49,369 nucleotides of DNA. Origin: a virus. The notes under the pieces were generated by a model. It ran no database searches. It worked only from the letters and a program-made list of their open reading frames with translations, and was not told the origin of the DNA. Shown one piece after another: positions 26,059 through 33,723 of the stretch; positions within the stretch are counted from its first letter, which is position 1, and every line of letters begins with the position of its first letter. Location: the IMG/VR virus record IMGVR_UViG_3300018079_000007. One strand, 5' to 3'. The position numbers and the translations under genes were made by a program.

Positions 26059-26385
26059 TCAGTAATAATTCTGGTTCCGCAGTTTACGCGGCTTCTGCGC
26101 CTTACGCGCTGGCGCAGTCCTGCCCAGATGAATTTGGTAATGATGCTCGCGGCAGTAAGACGATACCCGGCCATAACGCGGCAGCGGGCAACCGGCGACT
26201 GAGCAGGGTTTTTCGGCAATACGGCGGCGAATCTCGATGCAGCAGGCTTTACAGGGGGATGCCAGATTGCCGGACACATTCCGGTTGAAAAATTCGTCAT
26301 CAAAGTACCACCAGTCGCCGCAGATGCCGCACTGTTTCTCCAGGTCGCCGTCCTCATTGAGGCGAGTGGGCGTGCGGTGGCTCAT
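26059..26385 (-). CDS. Cysteine-rich hypothetical protein, 108 aa
   Basis: The ATG at 26385 follows GGAG and overlaps the upstream stop (ATGA). It has CGICGD and CKACC motifs. The longer ORF-track version (to 26526) overlaps the upstream gene. Confidence 0.6.
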   Translation of the reverse strand: MSHRTPTRLNEDGDLEKQCGICGDWWYFDDEFFNRNVSGNLASPCKACCIEIRRRIAEKPCSVAGCPLPRYGRVSSYCREHHYQIHLGRTAPARKAQKPRKLRNQNYY

Positions 26386-26633
26386 GACGTAGACTCCTCG
26401 GCCTCTGGATCGCAGACAGCCCACTGCTGCGCCAGCCATTGAAACGAGACACCAATCTGGGACGCGCTGAAACAAACCTCGGCGGCAATGAGCATCCAAT
26501 CGTCCTCCAGATACCAAATACCCCAACGCCGTTCGCCGATGAGCTGGCAGGTACGCTCGAAGGTGGCGCGGTCAAGCGGCTCGTAGCTCAGGATGAAATT
26601 ACGCAACGGAATCGGTAGCCAGTAAGTCTTCAT
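26382..26633 (-). CDS. Hypothetical protein, 83 aa
   Basis: ATGA overlaps at both ends. Confidence 0.55.
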   Translation of the reverse strand: MKTYWLPIPLRNFILSYEPLDRATFERTCQLIGERRWGIWYLEDDWMLIAAEVCFSASQIGVSFQWLAQQWAVCDPEAEESTS

Positions 26634-26797
26634 TGGGAACCCTTCCTATTCTTTGCAACGATCTTCGCAAATTCGGCGCAGCCCCAGGCGCGTTGCAACT
26701 GGTTGATGGTCTGGGCATTACGCGGGTTGGGAGTGGCCGGACAGAAGCGACCAGGGATCAGATGAGGATCGGGTGTGTAGACGACAGAGGGGAGCAT
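26630..26797 (-). CDS. Hypothetical small protein, 55 aa (below the ORF-track cutoff)
   Basis: The start overlaps the methyltransferase stop (TAATG) and the stop overlaps the next start (ATGA). Translation by hand: MLPSVVYTPDPHLIPGRFCPATPNPRNAQTINQLQRAWGCAEFAKIVAKNRKGSQ. Confidence 0.45.
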   Translation of the reverse strand: MLPSVVYTPDPHLIPGRFCPATPNPRNAQTINQLQRAWGCAEFAKIVAKNRKGSQ

Positions 26798-27591
26798 TAG
26801 AGTGCCTCCTTAATCGCCTTTGCGATTGCCCTGCCCATCGGCAGTGGAACACCGTTACCGATCATCATACGCTGACCAGCAACCGTAAACGGTGTATTTT
26901 TGTCAAATAAATCGGCGGGCAACCCTTGAAGTGTCAAATATTCCTGAACTGTTCGCGTATTAGGGCGGCTCTTCGGCTGCCGAAGAGCCGCCTTCAATTC
27001 ACCGCCTGCTAATTGGCGCACGGGTACAGGTGCGCCTCCTCCGCTGCCAGCAGCCGTGACTGCGTATTCCCATTCAAGTGGTTCAAAAACCGCAAAGTCG
27101 ATATATTTCATGAGATCGATATACTTCTCTCGACACCCAAACCAGAAACGGCGTTGGCGGTTTTGTGGTGAAGCACCAGGCAACCAGCGGTTATTCAGAA
27201 CCAGGCTGCTGTGCTGATACCCTGTAACAACAGGCCAGCAGTCTGGAGGCACATCAACAACGTTTTCCATGAGAAACCACGCTGGCTGGGCCTCATTCAC
27301 GACGCGCACAAATTCTGGTATCAGGTTTTCGGCTTCTGCATATTTCGTACTGTCTGGATCGGCAGCTAGCTCGCGGTCACGGTTCAATTTGACGATGTGT
27401 TTTAAGCGCGAAAATGCTTTACAGGGCGGCCCGCCGATGATGCCATCAAACTTGCCCGCAGGCACATGAAACGATTTAATGTCTCCTCCCCATAGCTTAT
27501 CAGGCGCTCGGACAACGCAGGCTTCCGTCCATACTTCTTCAAAAGCATGGTCTAATAATCCAAGACCGGGGAACAGGGATAGAATGAGCAT
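26797..27591 (-). CDS. DNA (cytosine-5) methyltransferase
   Basis: Motif I LFPGLGLLD, motif IV GGPPCKAFS, motif VI LMENV and motif X GNGVPLP. Confidence 0.9.
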   Translation of the reverse strand: MLILSLFPGLGLLDHAFEEVWTEACVVRAPDKLWGGDIKSFHVPAGKFDGIIGGPPCKAFSRLKHIVKLNRDRELAADPDSTKYAEAENLIPEFVRVVNEAQPAWFLMENVVDVPPDCWPVVTGYQHSSLVLNNRWLPGASPQNRQRRFWFGCREKYIDLMKYIDFAVFEPLEWEYAVTAAGSGGGAPVPVRQLAGGELKAALRQPKSRPNTRTVQEYLTLQGLPADLFDKNTPFTVAGQRMMIGNGVPLPMGRAIAKAIKEAL

Positions 27592-27908
27592 CAGCGCACC
27601 GCCTCATGCCGCGCCACGTACAGGGCGATGCGATCCTCGAAACGGGAGAGGGCGGCGCTGTCCCGGCTGATGGTGCTGATGAAACGCAGGTAGCCCGGCA
27701 GCCGCGACGCCAGGGCGTGCAGGGCGGCGAACATCTGCACGGTGGTGCGGGTCGGCGGTGGGAACCCGGCCAGCAGGCAGCGGCCATACTCGCGGATGGG
27801 TTGACGCTCGGCGGGTGTGGCGATCTTGAGGATCATCTGGCCGAAGGCGTCACCCTCGGTTTGGATTGGATCAGGAGTCGGAATCTGGGGTATGCTATTG
27901 AGAACCAT
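27591..27908 (-). CDS. Hypothetical protein, 105 aa (paralog of the 3' part of 29149..29402)
   Basis: The C-terminus RLPGYLRF...IALYVARHEAVR aligns with RLPNYTRA...IARYVARNEEA encoded at 29149..29310. Confidence 0.55.
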   Translation of the reverse strand: MVLNSIPQIPTPDPIQTEGDAFGQMILKIATPAERQPIREYGRCLLAGFPPPTRTTVQMFAALHALASRLPGYLRFISTISRDSAALSRFEDRIALYVARHEAVR

Positions 27909-27990
27909 CGTGTGTCGCTCCGAAAATTAGATATGCGAATGGCCGGGCGGGGAGTGTTTGTGGCACTTCCCTGCCCTCTCGCGTGTACGA

Positions 27991-28749
27991 TTATGTGCTA
28001 GATGCGGCGGTCTCCGCTTTGGGTTTGGCTGGCCCCATCTTTGCCAGTGCCTCGGCCTGCCCTGCTTTGATGGCATCGCGCGCGGCAGCCCGATCCACAT
28101 ATTCCGTATTCCAGGCGTCGTAATCATCCGGTGCGCCGATACCAGTGAACAAACTAACATCCAACCAGGTCAGACCGAGCGCGGCGTTGGCCTTCGCCAG
28201 CATGTCGTCGATCTCGGCTTTATCCGCCCAGGGCTTGCGCGCGGGCGGCTCAAGCGGAGTTGGCTGTGGCGGCGGCGTGGTTGATGGTTTTCCAGCCGGT
28301 GGAGTCGGCGCGCCCAGCTTTTTGAGCAGATCATCCAGAGTCATACCCTTCGGCTTTTCGGCCAGATAGACGCCACAATTGAACTGGATGGCCGCACGGG
28401 GCAGGATGTCGCTGGCGGCCTGTTTGTAAGCCTTCGCCATATTGCGGGCGATGTCGTACAGCGGCAGATCAAACACCTCGCCGGTCTTGTCGTCTTTGCG
28501 GGTGCGGATAATCAGGCCGGTGCCAACACCGTAATGGGTGACATCGCCGATGGTCAGCGGGCCGCGCAGCACGATGACATCCTGATCGTGGATCATGACT
28601 TCCGGCGCGCCCAACTCATAATTGGGATCGACCTGGTACAGACGGCGGCGGATGGCCGACTTGAGAATGTAGGGATTTTTCGATACTTCGCCATGCTCAT
28701 CCTTGCGGAAAGGCTTTTCGAGCAGGGCGATTTGTTCAGGACTAAGCAT
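27991..28749 (-). CDS. Single-strand annealing protein candidate, Rad52/Sak-like, 252 aa
   Basis: The ATG at 28749 follows GGAGG. The N-terminal segment LEKPFRKDEHGEVSKNPYILKSAIRRRLYQVDPNYE fits the Rad52-family pattern. The C-terminal tail is Pro-rich. Confidence 0.55.
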   Translation of the reverse strand: MLSPEQIALLEKPFRKDEHGEVSKNPYILKSAIRRRLYQVDPNYELGAPEVMIHDQDVIVLRGPLTIGDVTHYGVGTGLIIRTRKDDKTGEVFDLPLYDIARNMAKAYKQAASDILPRAAIQFNCGVYLAEKPKGMTLDDLLKKLGAPTPPAGKPSTTPPPQPTPLEPPARKPWADKAEIDDMLAKANAALGLTWLDVSLFTGIGAPDDYDAWNTEYVDRAAARDAIKAGQAEALAKMGPAKPKAETAASST

Positions 28750-29146
28750 TTTTCGACCTCCGTCCATGTTTGCCTGACGTGACGAGATGAGCCGCCGGGT
28801 CGATGCGCCAGCGGCCATTCGATTCCTGGCGGTGATGGCCCTTAATCTTCCGGCCATTTTCGCCGTTGCAAGCGCGGTTAATGGTGGAAACGCTGACGCC
28901 GTGCGCCCTGGCAAATTCCTGGGCGGTGATGGTGTCGCGGCGGGTGGCGGCGAGCTGGCGCAGTTCTTTAACCAGTTCGTCGCCCGGATCAAGAGCTTCA
29001 TCGGCACAATCATTTGCCCAATTGTGAATGGTTAACCAGTAGGCAAATTCTTGATGACCATTCCTGACTGCGCTGATCTTGGCGCGTTGACGAGCGTATT
29101 CGGCCAACTCTTCAAAAGATTTGTAATTAGTAGGGGGTAAGGACAT
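28742..29146 (-). CDS. Excisionase/MerR-type HTH protein, paralog B, 134 aa
   Basis: HGVSVSTINRACNGE HTH segment. It shares LVKELRQ and NGRW motifs with 29395..29742. The ATG at 29146 follows GGAGG. Confidence 0.6.
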   Translation of the reverse strand: MSLPPTNYKSFEELAEYARQRAKISAVRNGHQEFAYWLTIHNWANDCADEALDPGDELVKELRQLAATRRDTITAQEFARAHGVSVSTINRACNGENGRKIKGHHRQESNGRWRIDPAAHLVTSGKHGRRSKNA

Positions 29147-29148
29147 TT

Positions 29149-29402
29149 TCACGCCTCCTCATTTCGCGCCACATAACGGGCGATAGCATTCTGAAGGTCG
29201 GCGATGGCGGCTGAATGATGGGAAAGCATGGCGACGGCGCGAGTGTAATTGGGCAGGCGCAGCGCCAGGATATGCAACCGCGTCCAGAAGCGGCGCGTGG
29301 GAAGGTCAGCGCGGCAATGGTTTTGCCGGAGCCGGATGAGCCGTAGAATAAAATCTTGAGTTTTTTGGCGACGGGTGTCGCGAGTTGGAATGGATTAAGC
29401 AT
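29149..29402 (-). pseudogene. Frameshifted chimeric gene remnant: P-loop N-terminus fused out of frame to a paralog of 27591..27908
   Basis: MLNPFQLATPVAKKLKILFYGSSGSGKTIAALTFP (Walker A) is in one frame. TRRFWTRLHILALRLPNYTRAVAMLSHHSAAIADLQNAIARYVARNEEA-stop is in the -1 frame. The switch is near 29300. Confidence 0.5.
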
Positions 29403-29742
29403 TTTCAATACCTCGCTTCCGTTTGGGTGTCCAGACCTGGTCTTGATAGACCAACCAGCGATCATTGGGTTGACGAATACCGGTGACTTCACCAGCATTC
29501 AGGGCGCGGTTGACGGTGCTAACCGAAACACGGTGGGCAGTGGCAAAGACGGCGGGTGTGGTGAGCGCGCCGTGCTGGCCGGTGATCGGAGCGGCGACAC
29601 GCTGCCGTAGCTCTTTAACCAGGCGTTGCAGGCTGCGAATCTCATCCCGCGCCCGCTCCAGTTGGGTGAAGACATCGGCAGGTTCATTGACGCGATCCAC
29701 CTGGGCGGCCATCGCCAGACCAATGGCGCGGTTAATGACCAC
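29395..29742 (-). CDS. Excisionase/MerR-type HTH protein, paralog A, 115 aa
   Basis: HRVSVSTVNRALNAGE HTH segment, plus LVKELRQ shared with paralog B. Confidence 0.6.
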   Translation of the reverse strand: MVINRAIGLAMAAQVDRVNEPADVFTQLERARDEIRSLQRLVKELRQRVAAPITGQHGALTTPAVFATAHRVSVSTVNRALNAGEVTGIRQPNDRWLVYQDQVWTPKRKRGIENA

Positions 29743-30373
29743 TGGCGGCCTCCTGGTTAGCGAAGGAGGCTACCAATTCCCTGAGCATGTCGATTTGCTG
29801 CGCGGTTGGGTGCCGCCGCCCTTTCAGCAAGCGGATAAATCCGGCAATGGCAAAATCCGGGCAGCCGGTCAGATAGGCGACGGTGTTAAAGAGCAGGTGG
29901 TTCAGTTCTTCTGCTTTCTGCTGGCGCACTTCGGGCAGCACCCACTCCTCCAAACCTTCCTGATATTCTTCTTCGGCGTCGGCGCGGATGGTTTGCGAAA
30001 AATCGTATAAGCGAGGATGCTCCTCGTCCACCGAGTCAATGGCATCCTCAATATTGTCCAGGGCTTTACGGGTGGCGCGTTCGCCTTCCAGCGCCGATAC
30101 GGCAATGCTGCCCATGCCGGTGACTTGAAAGGCCAGGCTGGCATTCTGCTCGACGAGTAACTGGGCGCGATCCCACAGGTCAGTAATGACGACCAGCGCC
30201 GCCTCATCGTGTGCGTCGTGAGCCTTGCCCCACAGGGTTTGCAGGTGGTCGCCGATGGCTTCCATCTGTTCGCGGGTGATGGTGACATTGCCATCCACCA
30301 CTGAGAGCATGTTGGTCAGTTCGGCGCGCAGGTCAATCGGGCGTTCATTGTTTTCTACCGGTTGGGCGCTCAT
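29732..30373 (-). CDS. Hypothetical acidic protein, 213 aa
   Basis: ORF in the early operon that overlaps its neighbours. Confidence 0.55.
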   Translation of the reverse strand: MSAQPVENNERPIDLRAELTNMLSVVDGNVTITREQMEAIGDHLQTLWGKAHDAHDEAALVVITDLWDRAQLLVEQNASLAFQVTGMGSIAVSALEGERATRKALDNIEDAIDSVDEEHPRLYDFSQTIRADAEEEYQEGLEEWVLPEVRQQKAEELNHLLFNTVAYLTGCPDFAIAGFIRLLKGRRHPTAQQIDMLRELVASFANQEAASGH

Positions 30374-32070
30374 CGCTGCGCCTCGCCGAGTGATACGAAC
30401 GGACGCTGGGCGGACGGGCGCGGCATCTGATCCAACTGAGCGGCCAGGCGTTGGCCGGTGCGCAGGGTGCGATATTGGCTGATGAGGGCATTGCGCTCCT
30501 CGCGCTGCAGGCGACTCTGTTCCACTGCCAGCGAGAAATCAAAGTCGGTCACGTCGGGATCACTGACCAGGGCTTGCAGCCGGATACGATCAGCGGCGAT
30601 TTGTTCACAGCGGATCGGCTCTGTCCCCTGCCGATTGAGGGTGACGGTGGGTACCGGTTTGCGGTGCAATGCGCCGTGTGTATCCGGTTGGGGCGCGCCG
30701 ATGATGACGGTGGGGCCAACTGGGGTCACGAGCCGGGCAGCGGTGCGGTTGCCGTTGGAAGGGGCCGGGGCGGGCTGTTCGCGGACGAAGACGACGTTGA
30801 GTATATTGTTCTCGCCGAATTGAATATGCAGGGCGTCCCAACCTTCATTCAGATGTTTCTGGAAATCGGCGTCGCTGATATGGCGGATGGATTCAACCTG
30901 TTTGCAAACGATCAGAGGTTGATTTGAAATTAACATCTCATCCCGTTCGGCGACGGCCTCGGCCTGCTGGGCTGCGCCGTCGATGTGGCCGATGAGGCTG
31001 TCTACCTGGTCGCGCAGGGCATCGTTGCGCCTCACTAATTCGCGGTTACGATCCTTCAGTTCTTTGATGAGCCGCGCGGACTCAGTCAGGTCTTCATCTT
31101 TGATAGCCGCCTGTTGGTCAATATCATAAATGCCTGTTCCGTCACATTCAGGGCAAATCACCGATTGCCCCCAACCATTTACGCTGTGACCAGCACCGTT
31201 GCACGTTTCGCAAGGTCGCATAAAGCCTTCGGCAGTGGTCGCATCGTTCTCGACAAGGGCAGCTTCAATCGGATCGGCTTCAACTGTCAAGGATTCGTTG
31301 ACCGTTGCGGCATCCTGCTGGGCAAACGCTTCTTTGACTTCCCAGAACGATGGCACGGTGACGACCAGGATATGGTTGATCTGCTCGACGCGGATGAACT
31401 GGCAGCGCTTCTTGATCTGGGCGGCGGGCAGCTTGATCTGGTTGACCGTCGGGAAGGTGACGATGTACTCGCTGTGGGTGACGCCTTTGCTGATAACTGC
31501 GTCGGTCATATCGCAGAGGGTCACTGTTCCGCCGACCAGTTCGGCGCTGATCTTATCGGCGATGGCTGGATTGATGTCAGTCGTCGCCTGCCCCAGCACC
31601 GCATCGGCTTCAGCCTGCGCCATTGCCAGTAGCGCCGGGGTGACGGGATCGGCAGCCGGTGCTTCGGCAATCCAGGATGGCGGTACCGTGACGACGATGG
31701 CCGGGTTTTCTGAGGAGACCACCTTTTCAAATACCAGCTTCATCTTCTCAATGATTTGGGTCGCTATACGATCCGGGAAGATAATACGGAACTGGCGCTC
31801 ATCTTTACCGTCGGGAATGACCTTGCGAATTTCATCAATTTGATTCGCGTCCATGACGAAGAGAATATGTTCCTCAATCGTGGCTGGGGCGAAGTCCGAA
31901 ATGGGCAGGTGAAACAAATCCAACTTATTCGAGCGAGCTTTGCGGGCGTCTATCAGGCCATCGTCGCTGACATGCATCACCTTGACGATAGCCGGACTGA
32001 ATTGTTTGATCTGGACGCAGCGCACAATCGCGCCGACGACCAGCCAGGCGGGGATCGAGGTATCGGTCAT
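30370..32070 (-). CDS. Large hypothetical protein, 566 aa, with internal domain repeats, a DnaJ-type zinc-finger motif and a coiled coil
   Basis: CETCNGAG...CPECDGTG (two CxxCxGxG units). Repeated segments end in AIVVTVPPSWIAE and ILVVTVPSFWEVKE. Confidence 0.6.
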   Translation of the reverse strand: MTDTSIPAWLVVGAIVRCVQIKQFSPAIVKVMHVSDDGLIDARKARSNKLDLFHLPISDFAPATIEEHILFVMDANQIDEIRKVIPDGKDERQFRIIFPDRIATQIIEKMKLVFEKVVSSENPAIVVTVPPSWIAEAPAADPVTPALLAMAQAEADAVLGQATTDINPAIADKISAELVGGTVTLCDMTDAVISKGVTHSEYIVTFPTVNQIKLPAAQIKKRCQFIRVEQINHILVVTVPSFWEVKEAFAQQDAATVNESLTVEADPIEAALVENDATTAEGFMRPCETCNGAGHSVNGWGQSVICPECDGTGIYDIDQQAAIKDEDLTESARLIKELKDRNRELVRRNDALRDQVDSLIGHIDGAAQQAEAVAERDEMLISNQPLIVCKQVESIRHISDADFQKHLNEGWDALHIQFGENNILNVVFVREQPAPAPSNGNRTAARLVTPVGPTVIIGAPQPDTHGALHRKPVPTVTLNRQGTEPIRCEQIAADRIRLQALVSDPDVTDFDFSLAVEQSRLQREERNALISQYRTLRTGQRLAAQLDQMPRPSAQRPFVSLGEAQR

Positions 32071-32081
32071 AGTCAGACTCC

Positions 32082-32474
32082 TTAACGCTGGCCGAAGGCT
32101 GCCCAGGGGGCAATCGGGCGGCGCTTCTGATTGGGGACATAATTAAAGGAATAGCTGCGGAGGACAGCGAAATGATTGCCGTGACGATCCACAAACTCGC
32201 CTTCAGGTGATTCGGTGACTTCAAAGACGCGGATACCGCCACCCAGCCAGGTCGGCGGGCGAACCGGCGGACGGGTGAACGTCGCCTTGATGCTTTCCAG
32301 TTCATCCAGTTCGGACGGGTTGACATCGAACCAGTTGTTCAGGTCGGCGGGGGCGATGCCGGAGCGCCGGGAATAGATGAGCCGGGCCAACCGGTCTAAG
32401 CCGGCTTCGCTGTCAAAGTCGTCGGCGTCCGGGTAAACAAAGGGGGGGAGGCCGTCAGGGGCCATAAGGTTCAA
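32082..32474 (-). CDS. Hypothetical protein, 130 aa
   Basis: ORF in the early operon. Confidence 0.5.
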   Translation of the reverse strand: MNLMAPDGLPPFVYPDADDFDSEAGLDRLARLIYSRRSGIAPADLNNWFDVNPSELDELESIKATFTRPPVRPPTWLGGGIRVFEVTESPEGEFVDRHGNHFAVLRSYSFNYVPNQKRRPIAPWAAFGQR

Positions 32475-32509
32475 TCCTTTCTAACTTATTTAAACGATCA
32501 GTGATCTTC

Positions 32510-32543
32510 AAAACCAAGCGCCGGAAACGAGTCCGGCACTTGG
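32510..32543 (-). terminator. Intrinsic terminator-like hairpin inside the early leftward operon
   Basis: Minus-strand CCAAGTGCCGGA / TCCGGCGCTTGG stem (one mismatch), followed by TTTTGAAG. It lies just after the gene 32553..32774. Confidence 0.45.
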
Positions 32544-32552
32544 CTTCGGCGA

Positions 32553-32774
32553 CTACTTGCGGGGCTTGCCCTGGGTCTCGCTCCACAGTGTGAACGCGAT
32601 GACGACAACGGCGGACAGGGCGAGTACGGCGACGGTGGTGCTTTCGATGAGCGGACGGGCATTGATTTGCGCGTCATAGACCGCTTTGACCCAACCGGCT
32701 TTTTCCCAGACCAGATATAAACACAGTCCCAAAACAAATAGTTGCCAACGATACAGTTCTATCAGCGTCTTCAT
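32553..32774 (-). CDS. Small membrane protein, 73 aa, two TM helices
   Basis: Hydrophobic segments LFVLGLCLYLVW and VAVLALSAVVVIAFTLW. Confidence 0.55.
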   Translation of the reverse strand: MKTLIELYRWQLFVLGLCLYLVWEKAGWVKAVYDAQINARPLIESTTVAVLALSAVVVIAFTLWSETQGKPRK

Positions 32775-32823
32775 TTCAAATCCTTTCGACGCTCGTCACG
32801 GGCGATATTGCCCGATTGCGACC

Positions 32824-33048
32824 TTATGAGGTGACGGGTACATATTGCGCCAGATCAACGGTTGGGTAATTCACATCGGCTAATGTGTAGCCGTTCATCC
32901 AACAGGCCGCGTTCCAGCAGGTGACATGGAAGTGGCCGGGGCGATCCGGGAGTAAACCCGGCTGGTATTTTGCTTCCATGACCTGACCACAAGCGCGGCA
33001 AGGGCAGCACGGGGCTTCTGGAACGGCGGCGGTGGATGATGGGTGCAT
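32824..33048 (-). CDS. Cysteine-rich small protein, 74 aa; first gene of the leftward early operon
   Basis: The ATG at 33048 follows AAGGAG. Has a CCPCRACG motif. The ORF-track start at 33093 is an alternative. Confidence 0.5.
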   Translation of the reverse strand: MHPSSTAAVPEAPCCPCRACGQVMEAKYQPGLLPDRPGHFHVTCWNAACWMNGYTLADVNYPTVDLAQYVPVTS

Positions 33049-33122
33049 GGCGTTCTCCTTAGAACTTGTGTCCGTTTGCACAGATGTGTGCATGTGCGTT
33101 ACTCTTTCATTGAGATGAATTA

Positions 33123-33151
33123 ATCATAGCAGGAAGCGGGACTATTGTCAA
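33123..33151 (-). promoter_or_regulatory. Leftward early promoter: -35 TTGACA (33151..33146), 17-nt spacer, -10 TATGAT (33128..33123)
   Basis: Consensus sigma-70-type hexamers read on the minus strand. Confidence 0.6.
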
Positions 33152-33197
33152 GGTAGCTGAACAGAAAATTCACAAAGTTAACATATTCAAACCTAAC

Positions 33198-33225
33198 TTG
33201 ACACAACGAAATTTTGTGCTAATCT
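33198..33225 (+). promoter_or_regulatory. Rightward promoter: -35 TTGACA (33198..33203), 16-nt spacer containing TG, -10 TAATCT (33220..33225)
   Basis: It includes ACGAAATTTTGTGCTA, the same 16-mer found upstream of cassette D. Confidence 0.6.
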
Positions 33226-33247
33226 GATAGAAAGAGAGACAGGAGAA

Positions 33248-33496
33248 ATGCCAGTGCTGAATCGCTTACCCGCACTGATTGGCAAAAAGCAAAACGAAAC
33301 CAACGCCGTCATCGATGTATCGGCGCTGTCAGAGGCTACGGGTGTGTCACGCACTACGATATACAACTGGCTTGAAGGCAAGATGCGGCGATTTGACGCT
33401 GATACTATCGAGGCTTTCTGTGCATATTTTGGCTGCAATGTCGGCGACCTGTTGATATATGAACCAAAGGAATCGCCGGAGCCGACAAGTAATTGA
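33248..33496 (+). CDS. XRE/Cro-CI family HTH transcriptional regulator, 82 aa (candidate lysogeny repressor)
   Basis: LSEATGVSRTTIYNWLEGK HTH. It is divergent from the early operon and co-oriented with the moron next to the integrase. Confidence 0.7.
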   Translation: MPVLNRLPALIGKKQNETNAVIDVSALSEATGVSRTTIYNWLEGKMRRFDADTIEAFCAYFGCNVGDLLIYEPKESPEPTSN

Positions 33497-33723
33497 CGCC
33501 CGGCTATCAAATTTTCATGAATTTTGTGCAGAAAGGCGCTTAATCGACTCGCCAAAACCCCTATAATGGGTGTACCCTTAACTTCCATAACGACCTGCTC
33601 TTACATTAACTTTGGTTTAAGTGTACGAGGGTCGAAAGCGGATATAGGCATGGAGATGCCTTTAAACGGTGTAGGTTAAGGGACTCTAACCAGTTTCACA
33701 AAAAGTTAACCGGGGGGAGAGTG

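Noticed and set aside
27991-29013. Extended N-termini in the ORF track: 340-aa version of the annealing protein, 38219 start for ParA, 46822 start for the portal, 26526 start for the Cys-rich gene, and 37246 and 37566 starts for the small genes.
   Set aside because: The extensions overlap the preceding genes in another frame and have low-complexity translations. In each case an internal start with a good RBS or an ATGA/TAATG/GTGA overlap fits the operon pattern better.
33568-33723. Possible riboswitch or structured leader upstream of the SH3/Excalibur gene: 8-nt complementarity between 33575..33582 and 33675..33682, and a small hairpin at 33647..33660.
   Set aside because: I recognised no known riboswitch consensus. 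The pairings are short enough to arise by chance, and the promoter assignment (TATAAT 33562..33567 with a poor -35) is weak. It needs covariation data before being claimed.
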